Source of the DNA: the human T2T-CHM13v2.0 reference genome, Homo sapiens | Assembly: GCF_009914755.1 (NCBI RefSeq) | Contig: NC_060945.1 | Direction: 5' to 3' (one strand) | DNA length: 64,000 nt | Shown here: positions 22,216-35,100 of the stretch, piece after piece | Layout: every line of letters begins with the position of its first letter | Position numbering within the stretch: position 1 is the first letter of the stretch | Position numbers and translations under genes: made by a program | The notes under the pieces: generated by a model | The model's input: only the letters and a program-made list of their open reading frames with translations | Database searches by the model: none | Told to the model about the DNA's origin: nothing

Positions 22216-23347
22216 TAGTCTTATATGTTTCCAAAGCCAAAATCCACTCCATTCCCACCTGCAAGCATTAGGTCACATGTTTCTGGCACCTCGATTGAAA
22301 GCATTTTTTTTTTAATGCTATACAGCCTTTCTAAACATTTGCAGCATGAACATTTTCAGGTTATCCAGATTGTTGTCACGCTGACCACATACTCTGACAT
22401 TTCCACATCAGCATTTATAACCTCACCTGGGCTGTTTTTGAAGCTGAACTCAAGAATATTTCCTTAGATTCAGCATAAAGAATTGGAGAGCCAAAATATG
22501 AAATATATCCTCTTCTAAGAAATACTCCTAAAAGTAAAGTTAACACCTCAGGTGGCCCTCTTGGTGTTCTAAATGATGAATGGCATATCTGTATTTCTTC
22601 AATTAGTCCACCAATACCAAGGCCTCCGTTTTCTAGGAGGACTTGGGCACAGAACCATGGTACTGCGGCTTACAGCAGCAAGTGCAGTCCCATTAACAAC
22701 CAGCAGATGGCGTAAGTATAACCAGCCCCGAGGGAAGGGCCCAGCGCTCCTGAGATAGGAAAGGAGGAAGTCGTTTATTATTTAAAGGAGAGTTTGAGGA
22801 CGGACTTGAGCTGTGTGAAATTTGAGATATTCAGGGAAGCTGATATATGTTAATCTGTTCCAAGTAACACATGAAAATATCTTTTGCCAACCCAACTCTG
22901 TTTACTTTTTTAATTTCCTCAAAAGAAAAAAAGAAGTGATTGTATCAACAGTGGGACAGGAGGAAAAACAAGGAAAATATCCAAAGGCAGGGACAGAAGT
23001 CTGCAGGTTATATTAATAAAACATTTTAAGCAGGCAGGTCTTTCTTTGAAGGTGAAGCACCTTTCATTTGCTTGCCACTCTGAATAAAAATTACCCCTCC
23101 AAACACAAAATAAACACAACATTTACCATGCCCTGCCAACTTTGCCTTTGCATGGAGTTACCATGGACTTTCCTCGTTGTGAAAGGAACTCCAGCCCCTT
23201 CTGAACCTTCAACTGCAACTCTGAGCGGGTGAGAGTGCATCCCTACTTTCCCCACTGTTCTGGGGTATGGTAAGACAGGCTTGTCTAAATCCTGTCGACT
23301 CCAAGGACTTGTAGAAATTCCTTGTGAGACAAGAGTGGTTTGATAAA

Positions 23348-24433
23348 TAATTCTACCACAAAGACACGTGCAAGGGAATGTTCATTGCAGCCTTATTCAC
23401 AATAGCAAAGACATGGAATCAACCTAAATGCCCATCAATGACAGCTCAGATAAATAAAATGTGGTCCATGTATACCATGGAATACTGTGCAGCCATAACA
23501 AATGAATAAGATCATATCCTTTGCATGAACATGGATGAAGCTGGAGACCATTATCCTTAGCAAACTAACCAGGAACAGAAATCCAAATACCACGTTTTCA
23601 GTTATAAGTGTGAGCTAAATGATGAGAACTCATGAACACAAGGGAACAACAGACACTGGGGTCTACTTGAGGGCACAGGGAGGGAGGAGGGAGCGGAGCA
23701 CAAAAGACAACAATTGAGTATTGGGCTTTTAATACCTTGAAGCAGAAGTTAAAAAGAGAAAAACGAGTTTTCCTGTACTTACTTGGCTGACTCACTCCAA
23801 GGCTAGCAGTAGGCAGGGCCCTAGTGGGGCCTTGATAACACTATCTGAAAAGCCAGAGCCCAAAGGAATGAGCTCCAGAGACTCTCCCAACACCTCCTCC
23901 CCCAAGCAAGTGTAAGAAAAACTGTTTCTTCGTATCAGTTTCCCCCTTTGAAATTCTTTCCCTATACCATTATCCTTTGATCTGCTCTCACAACTACTTT
24001 TGTAACTATTTCTGCAAGTTTGCAAGGATTTTGTAAGTTCTTGTTTTCCAGCTGTGCCATATGGTGAAGGTCACAAGACAAGCCTGAGTTGTAAAACATG
24101 TCGCTGTTTGGTAAACTGCCTTTGTTCTGCTTCTGTGAAGCTTGCTTGCCCGCCCTGCAGGTTTCACGCCACTAGCTGGCCAACTCCCTTCAGTTGCATG
24201 TATAAAAGTCAAGCCCTGTCTTTGTTCAGGGCTCAGCCTTTGGATGTTAATCTGCTGGGCCAGTGGCCACCTAAATAAAATCTTCCTGTTCCACCCATTG
24301 GTCTCTCCTGTCCCTTAATTCCCACAACAACCTGAGTGATGAAATAATTTGTACAAGAAATCCCCGTGACATGAGTTCACCTAAGTAACAAACCTTCACA
24401 TGTACCCCTAAACCTAAAATAAAAGTTTAAAAA
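23348..24433 (+). mobile_element. 5'-truncated L1PA (about L1PA13-type) 3' end, split by an LTR
   Basis: AAAGACACGTGC...TTCACAATAGCAAAGACATGGAATCAACCTAAATGCCCATCAATGA, resuming after the LTR with GTGATGAAATAATTTGTACAA...AACCTAAAATAAAAGTTTAAAAA. Confidence 0.9.
23738..24329 (+). mobile_element. ERV1 solo LTR related to the HERV3-like provirus LTRs
   Basis: TG...CA ends with a perfect 4-bp TSD ACCT (23734-23737 and 24330-24333). TATA-like TGTATAAAA at about 24199 and AATAAA at about 24274. The start TGAAGCAGAAGTTAAAAAGAG and the R/U5 region are shared with the LTRs at 27516 and 32881. Confidence 0.92.
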
Positions 24434-25968
24434 ACTTTATGGTTTGGCTACCTCAGTTATCAAGGGTCTCATCCTACCTCACATGCTCCACATAGCAACA
24501 GAGAGGCACCCAGGCACAGGAGCACACATGCCCTCAGGTGCCCACACGCACTACATGGAGGGCTGCTTCAGTCTCTCCTTCCCTCAGCACCAGCATCCTG
24601 GGATTTCCCAGAGGAAAAAAAACGGGAGCCAGTCTGAGTGGTCAATGTTGAAGCACAGAGGGTTCAGAATGGATTTGCACAACAGATAGCTCTGTGTCTA
24701 GGAATATCCTGGTCTCCTTCACTCATGGCCCAGGTCATCTGGCTTTTGGGATGAGGGGTGCTACATGACACACAGGGCAGGATGTCAAGATGAAAAAGTC
24801 CAGTGTAGAGTTTAGTACCAGAAGAGAGAAAAAAATAGAAAAAAGTGTACAGATCAGGGTGTGATGACTTTGATGATGACCATTTCTTTGAATTGGGCAG
24901 GTTGGAAAAGAAAAATAAGCATTGGGTGGGGCAAGTGCAGGTTAATCTGGGAGAATGTGGAAAGGCACAATACAAAGTAAGAGACTGTATGTTGATCCCT
25001 GGAGATGTTCCTGAGGACACAGGGGATACTTCATTAGCATGTAGGCTCAGTGATAGAAAGGATTCATCATTTTGTTGCAGAGGAAAAGTTCATTGCTGTG
25101 AGATGTCCAGTTTTCATAATATGAAAAGAGCATATGACAATGAGTATTACTACTCAATGATGAGTAATATGTTTTTATGAATATGCATGTGTAAAACTGA
25201 GTTTTTTAATCATTATATTGAATGTGGTTTTCCTTACTCCCTCTTATTGCTGCAACTCTTTGTGAAAGTGATGCATTTCCCTTTATGAGTTACTGATTCA
25301 ACACCCTCTTGTCCAGTTTGTCACATTTTTCTCATTTCTGGACTCACAGTTCTAATTCAGTTTTCTCCTGGGGTTTCAACATGGTTAATTTTTTTCATTT
25401 GCTCCTTTTTCACCTTTGTTTTAAATAGTGGTAGAATAAATCACACACCTTCTTGCTTTGCTTGAAAATTAACTTTTGCATCTTCCAATCAATAGAATTT
25501 TTGTTTAGGTCCTTGAATACAGATTGAGAAATGTAATGGCTAAGTTACCAAAATCAACTAAATTCAGGTAAAACATTTTTGTTTTAATTCCATTAAGTCT
25601 TGTTTGGGTTTCTTTTTCCTTGCATAGGTATTAATAATACTTATTCTATTTCCAATCTACCATTGATAAAAGATAAATGCACTTTCATTTCTCTGAATAC
25701 TTCTATTTAGGAAAACCTACTAAATGTGCAGTGAGTAATTTTAATATTCTATTGAACACTCACTAAAATTGCAGTGCTGAGTATGATAGTTAAATGGAGA
25801 CCCAGAGGAGACCCCATCTGTGGACAGTTACAATTGTACTTAGACCATTTTCCTAACTGGGCTCTCCTTTAGTTCCAGGATACAAGCTGAAAGTAATAGT
25901 AATAGTCTACTCTTTAGATTTAATGTGAAAAATAAGGGCAAATGTTTAAGCTCCTAGAAATATAAAGT

Positions 25969-26775
25969 TGTCCAGGTTTTTAATGCTAACTTTGGTCATT
26001 TAAAAATAATTTGCAAGACAGAATCCCAAACCAGCTTTCTTACTAGTGATAGGGCCCAAACTGAAAAACTGCTCTCTGCTGATGCAGAAACAGACAGGCT
26101 CACCTTTTTTGATCGAAGTGAGTGGAAACTCCCCTGAAAAAGGAGGTTTTTAAGCAGCAACTAAACCTCAGCCCCCAACTGAAAAACACTGGAAGATCAG
26201 GGATTCCTGGAGGAAAGAGGTCCTGGACTTCAGCAATCGTCCTATTGGTTTAGGCTACAAGGTGCCCAAGCCAGCACCAGGCACCAATAGGCAAGCTGCT
26301 GCAGGCCAGGTCACCTTCACTCAGGATCCCTTTGTGGTTACCGGATGTCAACTGAGGAACGTGATGAGACAAGTCTCAATCATTTTATGAGATTTATTCA
26401 CCAAAGTTAAGGATGTGTGTCCGCAACACAGCCTCAGGAAGTCCTGATGACATGCGCCCAAGGTGGTTGGGGCACAGCTTGGTTTAATACATTTTAGGGA
26501 GACATGAGACATTAATCAATAAATGTAAGGAAGTACACTGGTTCTGTCCAGAAAGGTGGGGACAACTCAAAGCAGGGAGGGGACTTCCAAGTCACAGGTA
26601 GGTGAGAGGCAAAAGGTTGCATTCTTTTGAGTTTCTGATAGGCCTTTCCAAAAGGAGGCAATCAGAATCTGCATCTATCTCAGTGAGCAGAAGGATGACT
26701 TTGAAATAGAATGAGAATCAGATTTGCCCTGAGCAGTTCCCAGCTTGAAGGGGCCCAAGATATCTTCCTTTCACA
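25969..26775 (-). mobile_element. MER4A1 5' LTR (26346-26775) plus PBS and about 375 bp of MER4 internal leader
   Basis: The minus strand begins TGTGAAAGGAAGATATCTTGGGCCCCTTCAAGCTGGGAACTGCTCAGGGCAAATCTG (MER4A1). After ...GTTGACA comes the PBS-like TCCGGTAACCACAAAGGGA (tRNA-Arg type) and leader sequence. Confidence 0.85.
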
Positions 26776-26837
26776 AAGTCTTAATAGAAGCTGAAGGCTT
26801 CAGATTTAACCCAATTACTGCTGTTAAACATTGCATA

Positions 26838-27055
26838 CAATGGTTCTCAACTAGGGGTGATTTTGACCCCCAAGGGACATTTGTCAAAGTCTAGAAACAG
26901 TTTGGTGATAACAGCTGAGGGAAGGGATGCTGTGAAATCTAGTTGGTAAAGGCCAAGGGTGTAGCATTCTGAAATACACAAAACAGCCTCTTGCTCCACC
27001 CAACAAATAATGATTTGACCCAAAATGTCAACAGCAACAACACTGATAAATGCTG
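26838..27055 (+). mobile_element. MER20 hAT-Charlie DNA transposon
   Basis: CAATGGTTCTCAACTAGGGGTGATTTTGACCCCCAAGGGACATTTGTCAA...GACCCAAAATGTCAACAG...CTGATAAATGCTG. Confidence 0.85.
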
Positions 27056-28059
27056 CTACATTGAACTGTTTTTCTAAAAGTACTAAGAGATTAAAATTTA
27101 TATCACATGACTAATTTATGGGGATTAGAAGTTTTTAAGAGCTTTGTTAAGATATAATTCACATACCAAACAATTCAACAATTGAAGTATGTAATACAAT
27201 GGTTTAAGTTTGTTTACAGAATTGTGCAATTGCCACATTACGTTCTATATTTTAATCACCCCAAAAAGACAACTAGTACATTTTAGTCATCATCTCTCCA
27301 TCCTCCCTCTGATTCCCACCGTAAGCCTTAGCAACCATTCATCTACTTTCTATCTCTATAGTTCTGCCTATTCTGTACATTTCACATTGATGAAATTATA
27401 CAGTATGTGGCCTTTTGCATCTTGTTCTAGCATAATGTTTTCAAAGTTCATCCATGTTGTCTGTATCAGTATTTCATTCCATTTTATTGCCGAATAATGG
27501 GATTTATAACGATACTGCTGCAGAAATCAGGAGAATGGAGAGACCACTGGATGGAAAAGGAGGATTTTATTGAGTGCACTCAGACCCGGCGGATTAACAT
27601 CCAAAGGCTGAGCCCTTAACAAAGGCAGGGCTTGACTTTTATACACACTTCTGAAAGGGGGCTGGATAGTTTGAAACAAGCTTATAGTGGCGCAAAATGC
27701 AGTGACACAAAAGCAGGTAACAAAGGCAGTTTATGAAACAGTGACAGACCTGTAACTCAGGCTTGTTTAAACACATCATGTGACTCCTGCTATGTGGCCC
27801 AGGTGGCTGTTATCTAGGCTTGCCCAAGCTTATCTTGTGTCCTTTGCTGTGCTGCCTGGATGGAAAGCAGGAACTTACAGAAACCAGCCACAGAAAACAG
27901 GAATTTGCAAACTTATGAAACTTGCCAGGGTATAGTGGCACATGGGGCCGGGGCAGGTTGGGGGGTGATGGGGGGCAGGGCTTCAGCTGCCTAAAAGAAA
28001 AAAAAATTGTTTTTCCTCTTTTTAACTTCTGCTTCATTACCCCCTTTGATGCTTTTTAT

Positions 28060-28975
28060 AAATGAGGTTTAATAGAAAGAATCATTATTATTTAATTCTT
28101 CATGTGAAGGTAGTTAGCTCTTTATTTGGCAAGGGTTAATATTTAGTTAGAGCCATTAGTTGAGTGGCAGTTTGTTTCTCTACAAGAGCCTCTGTAGCTG
28201 TTTGGATGTTCTTAACAAGGAGAGGTAGGAGACAAGGGAGTATGAGGCAGACTCCTAGTATGGCTAAAACTATTCCTACTAAGGTTTTAAATCCTCTGAG
28301 GGATAAAAACCAGCCCCCAAAGAGGGAATCTGAAGACCATCTTTTCCAAGCCTGGAATGGAACATGGGCTAATTTTTGGATTTTTGCAGTTATATTCTTG
28401 ATGACCTTTCCATTGTCATCAATCTCTAGGCAGCAGTTAGTTAAACTGAACTTTCCACATACCCCTCCTTCCTCAGCTAGGAGGTAGTTTAGGGCTAATC
28501 TATTTTAATAAATAGCATTCCTTATTTTTGTGGCTTGCTGGGCTAGCAGATTTAAGGCCTTTACTGTATCATTTGTAATAATTTTAAGTACTGCTTGTAA
28601 CCTTATGATGTGGTTGAGCATGTAAAGAGTTGTGTGGTATTCCCTACATTCCACCTTCTGCCCAGGTGGCTGGGCCATAATATTGGATTATTCTTTCAGG
28701 GGGCCATTAATCGTCCTTGCATTTCCCTATGGTTATGCCCCTTTTATTTCTCCTTTTAGTTTCATCATAGACAGGGTACCCTAAGGCTTCTCCTTGTTTT
28801 AAAGGGATTAGAAAGAAAGACGGTCTAATTGTTCCTAGTACACAGGCCCTTGGCCATTTAACTGGCAGTTGCCGATATGCCCACAGTCCACAAATTCAAT
28901 AGAGGCCGGAGGGTGCCTGTCAGGCATTTGGAGCTTCAAGTTGGTACCGAGAGTAGCATATTTATACCCAGCAAG
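28060..28975 (-). pseudogene. env remnant resembling ERV3-1 Env, with most of SU deleted
   Basis: Hand translation gives LLGINMLL joined to YQLEAPNA...[32 protein letters not shown] (furin site), then [42 protein letters not shown] (immunosuppressive domain with a stop). Confidence 0.88.
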
Positions 28976-29249
28976 GGCAAAAGAGGTCTTTACCCTGGGG
29001 AGGGGGCTGAGCAAAGTGGCAAAACAGCAGTAAAACACTAATATTATAAGGAAAGCTACTGGACTTAAGATTTCTAACCATATTGACTTCCCTGATGATG
29101 ACTCGAGTTTCGGCCATGTGTAAACTAGTCAGCTTCCAGGGTGACTAGAGCAGGGCTGTTGCCTCCTCGAGCTTCGGCCGTGCGTTGACTGGTCAGCTTC
29201 TGGAGTGACCAGAGCAGGGCTGTCATTGTCTTCAAGGGCAATTTGGTCC

Positions 29250-31477
29250 CGTCGTAGGATTGGCCAGCACAGATGGTCTGGATCCTGTTGGCTGGTCCAT
29301 TCATCTCAGGCCGCTGGCTTCAGCTGACTGTGGTGGATCCATGGTACAATTACTGCAACTGTAACGGCAGAGTGAGTGGGCAAGATTACAGTATGGGGCC
29401 TATCCCATATGGGTCTCAAAGTGGTTGGATTCCATTTTTTGACCTAAATAGCATCCCCGGGTTTGAAGGGGTGTGCCAGGTCTGTCAGGCTTATGGGCAT
29501 TCTTTCCCATACCCAGCCATAGACACACTGCATGGCTATCCCTAAAGCCTGCATTTGCCTTCTTAAAGTTAGTTCCCCTAGTTCATGGAGATCACCCTTA
29601 ACTTCACCTGTGATTGGGGTTGCCGGCCGAACAAGATTTCATAGGGTGAATACCTGGTTTGTTTGGTGGGGGTGCACCTTACTCAGAGGAGGACCATGGG
29701 CAAGACCTGATCCCATCTTAGATGGGTCTCTTGACAATATTTTTTTTAGTAGCATTTGAGTGTCCAGTTCATGCACTCTATGTTTTTTGAGCTCTGCAGC
29801 TGGTAGGCTGTGTGTAATTTCCATTTTATTTTTAATAGCCATACCAGTTCTTGAACTATTTCAGCTACAAGTGCTGGTCCATTGTCTGACCCAAGAGTTG
29901 GGGCAGTCCAAATCTTGGGATAATGTCTCTTAACATTACTTTGGTTACCTCCCGTGCTTTTTCTGTTTGGGTGGGGAAAGCTTTGACTCATCCTGACAAG
30001 GTGCAGAAGAGTACTAGCATGTACTAATAGCCCCCTGCTCAGGGCAGCTTTGTGAAGTCCATAAGCAGGTTTTCACAGGGTGTGGCTCCCATTTCCTAAA
30101 TTCCCAGGGGCCGAGTAGGTTATTATGGGTCATTCTGAGCACATGTTAGACATTGTTTGCAAACAGCTTGGGTGAGGGCAGTGAGCCGTGGCACATAGAG
30201 GTGGCATCCCAGTAGCGTTTGTAGTGCCGTTTTCCCCATGTGAGTCTCTTGGTGGAATTGTTTTACAAACTTAGGGGCCACCATTTCAGGGATGGCTAGT
30301 CTCCCATCAGAGAATTTCCACCATCCTCCTTCAGTGCATTTTCCAGTTTCTTGGGCAAACCAGGCCTTCTCATTTGGAGAGTAACTTGGGATCTCGGGGA
30401 GGGAAGGTTCTGGGAGGAGAAGCATAGCTAAGGATTCCTTTTCAAAGTGTGGAGTAATCATTGCTGTCCGTTTTGCCTCCCTGTCTGCCTTTCTGTTTCC
30501 TTTGGCCTCTAGTGTTCTTGCTTTTTGGTGCCCTCTGCAGTGCATAACAGCTACCTTCTTTGGGGCCTATACAGTGCCTAAGAGCTGTAAAATCTCCTCT
30601 TTGTATTTTATTTCTTTTTTTCCCAGCAGTTAAGAGTCCTCTCTCCTTGTATATAGCTTCATGAACATGCAATGTGGCAAAGACACATTTTTGTCTTTGT
30701 GATTTGGAATCAGTGTAAATATTGACCTTTTTGTCTCTCATCAGCAAAAGAGCCCTTGTTAGGGCCATTAGCTCTGCCTTCTGGGCTGATGCTCCGGTGG
30801 GCAGAGGCTGAGCCTCTATCACTGAGTCCAACGTTACCACCGCATAACCTGCCCAACGGACCCCTTCCAGTATGAAACTGCTCCCATCTGTGAACTACTT
30901 AACAACTGGGTCCCTGAGGGGTTGGTCTGTAAGGTCTCCCCTACTCAAGAATACTTCATCTACCATTTTCACACAGTCATGGAGTGGGGTTCCCAGTTCA
31001 ATCAGGAGCAAGGTGGCTGGGTTAAGGGTGTTTACTGTTTCTAAAGCTATGTGGGGATTTTTGCATAGGAGTCCCTGGTACTGAGTCATTCCTGGATTTG
31101 ATAACCAGTGATGCCCTCTCTGGTTCATTAGAGTTATAACTGAATGTGGTAACTGGATGGTCAGCTGCTGCCCTAGAGTCAGTTTGTTAGCTTCTTGTGC
31201 CAGTAGGGCAGTGGCAGCTAGTGTCTTAAAGCAAGGAGGCTACCTTAGTGCCACTGAGTCTAGTTGCTTGGATAAGTATGCCACCAGGCGATGCCACAAT
31301 CCTATGAATTGAGTCAGGACTCCTACAGCCATTCCCTTTTGTTCATGGACATATAGAAAGAAAGGCTCAGTTATGTCAGGCAGTCCTAAGACTGGGGCCT
31401 GTGTTAAGGCTTCTTTGATTTTTTTAAATGCTTTCTCCTGGTCAGCCTCCCAGAGGAGGGGTTCCTTTTCTCTCCCC
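29250..31477 (-). pseudogene. pol remnant (RT connection, RNase H, integrase), disrupted
   Basis: [48 protein letters not shown]...VNIYTDS, HCRGHQK...GNRKADREAK and [17 protein letters not shown]. Confidence 0.92.
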
Positions 31478-32164
31478 TTGAATCTGGCCATGTTCAGTAT
31501 AATAGAGGGGTCCCTGAGTTTCCCGGGGAGGCATCTGCAAAGCCCAGGCATGGCCAGACTGGAGGCAGCAGGCTTGATCATCCTGACTTTCCTCCTTGAC
31601 CTGGGGCAGTGGTTTTGATTTTTCTTTTTGAGGCAAGGCCCAGGGTTCGTTACCATTTGAATTTGACTCCTCGGGGGCTGGCCTTAGTAAAGGTGGGTAG
31701 ATTGGACTGTAGGGAGGAGGGATTCCTATCTCCTCTGGTGATTCCTGCAGAACTGGTTTTTCCTGTGGCTTTCCCTTTGTTTCTGTAGCTGACAGCGAAG
31801 CTGATTTTTCTTTCACTTTAAGCTTGGCTTGAGCCACGGGTGTTTTGCCATAAGCTGTCAGGCAGAGCTGCAACCACGCAGGTCAGTTTTGGACTATATG
31901 TAGCCATGAGTCAATATAAGGAAATTGGTCTGGATGCCCTGGCTGTCCTCCCACCCCAGTCACCACCTTAAATACATGGCCAATTGTTTCCCTATCTATA
32001 GTTCCTTCGACCAGCCATCTCACACCAAAAGAGGTCCATTCTATTTCACAGAGCGTTCTCAACCTCTGGGGGGTCAACTTGATCCCACAACACTCTGCAT
32101 AACTTTTCTTGAAGTTCTTTAACATACATTGTAATGGGGTGGGTTTCGACAGCTTCCTTCCCAT
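31478..32164 (-). pseudogene. gag remnant (matrix and PPPY late-domain region only)
   Basis: MGRKLSKPTPLQCMLKNFKK...LRTLCEIEWTSFGVRW...GHPDQFPYIDSWL and IPPPYSPIYPPL. Ends at a deletion junction. Confidence 0.88.
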
Positions 32165-35100
32165 TTCCTCCCAGTTATGACACAACTTATTCACTCTTTT
32201 ACTTTCTCTTCAGACTGATTAGACCATCTCCCTCATGGGAACTTTCAGATGCTGCTTAGCTTTAATGGAGGGTTCATATGAGTCCCGAACCTGGACCACC
32301 ACAATCACTGAATTGTGGGGTGCCTCCCTAAGCCATATGTGGTAGCCCCGGAGGACGTTTGCCACTAGTCCTGGTTGGTCCCACACTTTGCTAGGGGCGT
32401 ATGGTCTATGCTAAGAGACCTGTGGCCCCACACACTTCACTCCCCACATTGACTCCTTTTAGAACTGCCTCTTTCACATGCATTCACACACTTCCCTGCT
32501 CCCCATTCCTTTTCTCTGGGTGGGGTGTAGGTTTCATCCGACTTTGTGAGCCACTCCCACATCCTGGGTCAGACTACTCAGTGCACCCCTAGGAGTTGAT
32601 CAGGCTCCCCTTCTGTCCTTATGGGATGGGTCCTGTCTTGGGCCCCAAACCTTACCACGGTCCTGTGGCGCACTATCCCTGGAATCATCCTGTAATCCCT
32701 TAGATTCTGTTGCGCTGTCAGGGAGGGGTACTGGATCACGGAAGAACCAATCCCTTCTCTGGGTTTAAGTTCCCCGATGGCGTGCCTGAGGTCACAGGTC
32801 TCCCCCAGCTCAGGGCCCCAGACCCACAGGCAAAGGAGACAGCAAACCTGTCATCTCCACTCCTGGCTGGTTCACCAAAATATTGCAGGAATGAGGAGAC
32901 TGGAGAGACTACTGGGTGGAACAGGAGGATTTTATTGAGTGTGCTCAGGCCCAGCAGATTAACAACCAAAGGCTGAGTCCTGAACAAAGGCAGGGCTTGA
33001 TTTTTATACACACTTCTGAAAGGGGGTTGGCTAGTTTGAAACAAGCTTACAGTGGTGCAAAACGCAGTGGCGTGAAAGCAGGTAACAAAGGCAGTTTATC
33101 AAACAGTGGCAGGCCTGTAACTCAGGCTTGTTTAAGCATGTCATGTGACTCCTGCTATGCGGCCCAGGTGGCTGTAATCTAGGCTTGCTCAAGCTTATCT
33201 TGTGTCCTTCACTGTGTCACCCGGATGGAAAGCAGGAACTTACAGAAACCAGCCACAGAAAACAGGAATTTGCAAACTTACAAAACTTCCCAGGATACAA
33301 TAGCACACGGGGTTGGGTGGGGGGTCGGGGTCTCGAGTTGCCTAAAGGAGAAAAATTTGTTTTTCCTCTTTTTAACTTTTGCTTCAATACCACATTTTGT
33401 TTATACATTCAGCAGCTGATGGGCATTTGGGTTGCATCCACTTTTTGGCTGTTCTGAAGAGTGTTACTGTGAACATTCATGCACAAATTTTTATGTGGAG
33501 GTATGTTTTTATTTCTCTTGGGTATATAACTAAGAATAGAATGATTGGATCATATAATAACTCTGTATTTAATATTTTGAGAAATTGCCAAAATTTTTCT
33601 TTTTTTTAATGTTACCACCCATAACGTTTGAACATTCCAATTTCTTTGCATCCTTGCCAACACATGTTATTATCTGTCTTTTTCATTATAACTATCCTTG
33701 TGGTTTTGAAGTAGTATCTCATTGTGGTTTTGATTTGCATTTCCCTAGTGGCTAAAGATGTTGAACATCTTTTCATGTTTTTATTGACAAGTTGTTTCTC
33801 TTCTTCGGGTAAATGTCTATTTAGATCCATTATTGTTTTTTAAACTCAGCTATTTATATTTTTATTGTTAAGTTGTTAAAAATTCTTCATGCAGTCTGGA
33901 TATGAGCCCATTATCAGATATATGATTTGCAAATATTTTCTCCCCTTCTGTGGATTGTCTTCTTTTCACTTTCCTGATTGTATTATTTGCAGCACAAAAA
34001 TGTTTAATTATACTATTGTCCAAATTATCTATTTTTCTCTCTTGTCAGTTTTTTTTTGTTTGTTTTTATTGTCATCTCTAACAGCAGTTCACAAAGTTTG
34101 CTTTCATGTTTCCTCTCAAGAATTTCATAGATTTAGCTCTTCTATTTAGGTTTATGACCTACCTCAAATTAATATAATGTCCTTAGTGAATTATCTTGGC
34201 ACTACTTATTGAAATTAAGTAGTTTACTTTTGGGCTTTCAATTTTATTCTATTGATCTATATGTTTATCCTTATGTCAATACCATACTGTTTTGTTTATT
34301 GTAGCTTTGAAATAAGTTTTGAAATCAGTGTGAGATCTTCAATTTAGTTCTTTTTCAAGATTCTTTTGGCTACTCTAGTTCCTTTGAATTCCCATATACA
34401 TTCTAGAATCACCATGTCAGTTTCTACAAAATAGCCATTTGGAATTTTGATAGGTATTGCATTGAATGTATAGATCAATTTGATGAGTGTTGCTATTTTA
34501 ACAATAACAACTCTTCCAATCCATGAACATGGGATGTCTTTCCCTTTATTTTGGTCTTTTAAAATTTCTTTCAACAACGTTTTGTAGTTGTACAAAGTGT
34601 TACATTACAGCATCATAGTATTCACTGTGAAAGTCTTATAATTTTTCATTAAATTTGTTCCCAAGTATCTTATTCTTTTTGGATGTTATAAATAAAATTG
34701 CTTTCTTAATTTCTTTTCAGATTCTTCATTGCTAGCATATAACAATGCAATTAATTTGTGTATATTTATCTTGTATAATGCAACCTTTCTAAATTAATTT
34801 ATTCTAATTATTAATAGTAGATTACTTAAAATTTCTACATACCAAATTATGTCGTATGTAAATATAAGAACTTTTCCTTATGTTTTTGCAATCTTAATTT
34901 TTAAGATTTATCTTGTTTACCCAATTTCCCAGGCTAGAACCTCCAATATATTGTTAAATAGAAGTAGTGAGAGTGGACACACTTATGCTGTACTTGAGCT
35001 TTGGGGAAAAGCATTCAGTCTTTCACCATTAAGTATGATATGAGCTGAGATTTTGTATTGTTTGTTTTGTTTTTGTAGATACCCTTCATCAAGCTGAAGA

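Larger units (their letters stand above)
27516..33386 (-). mobile_element. Internally deleted HERV3-like (ERV1, HERV-R/HERVERI group) provirus with both LTRs
   Basis: 5' LTR 32881-33386 and 3' LTR 27516-28036. 4-bp TSD ATAC at 27512-27515 and 33387-33390. PBS TGGTGAACCAGCCAGGAG (tRNA-Arg) at about 32860-32877, PPT AAAGGGGGTAA at 28037-28047, leader donor GTAAGG at about 32651-32656, and gag/pol/env remnants. Confidence 0.95.

Noticed and set aside
27516-33386. Possible domesticated Env or Gag gene
   Set aside because: env has a large SU deletion and in-frame stops including one in the immunosuppressive domain, and gag is frameshifted and truncated.
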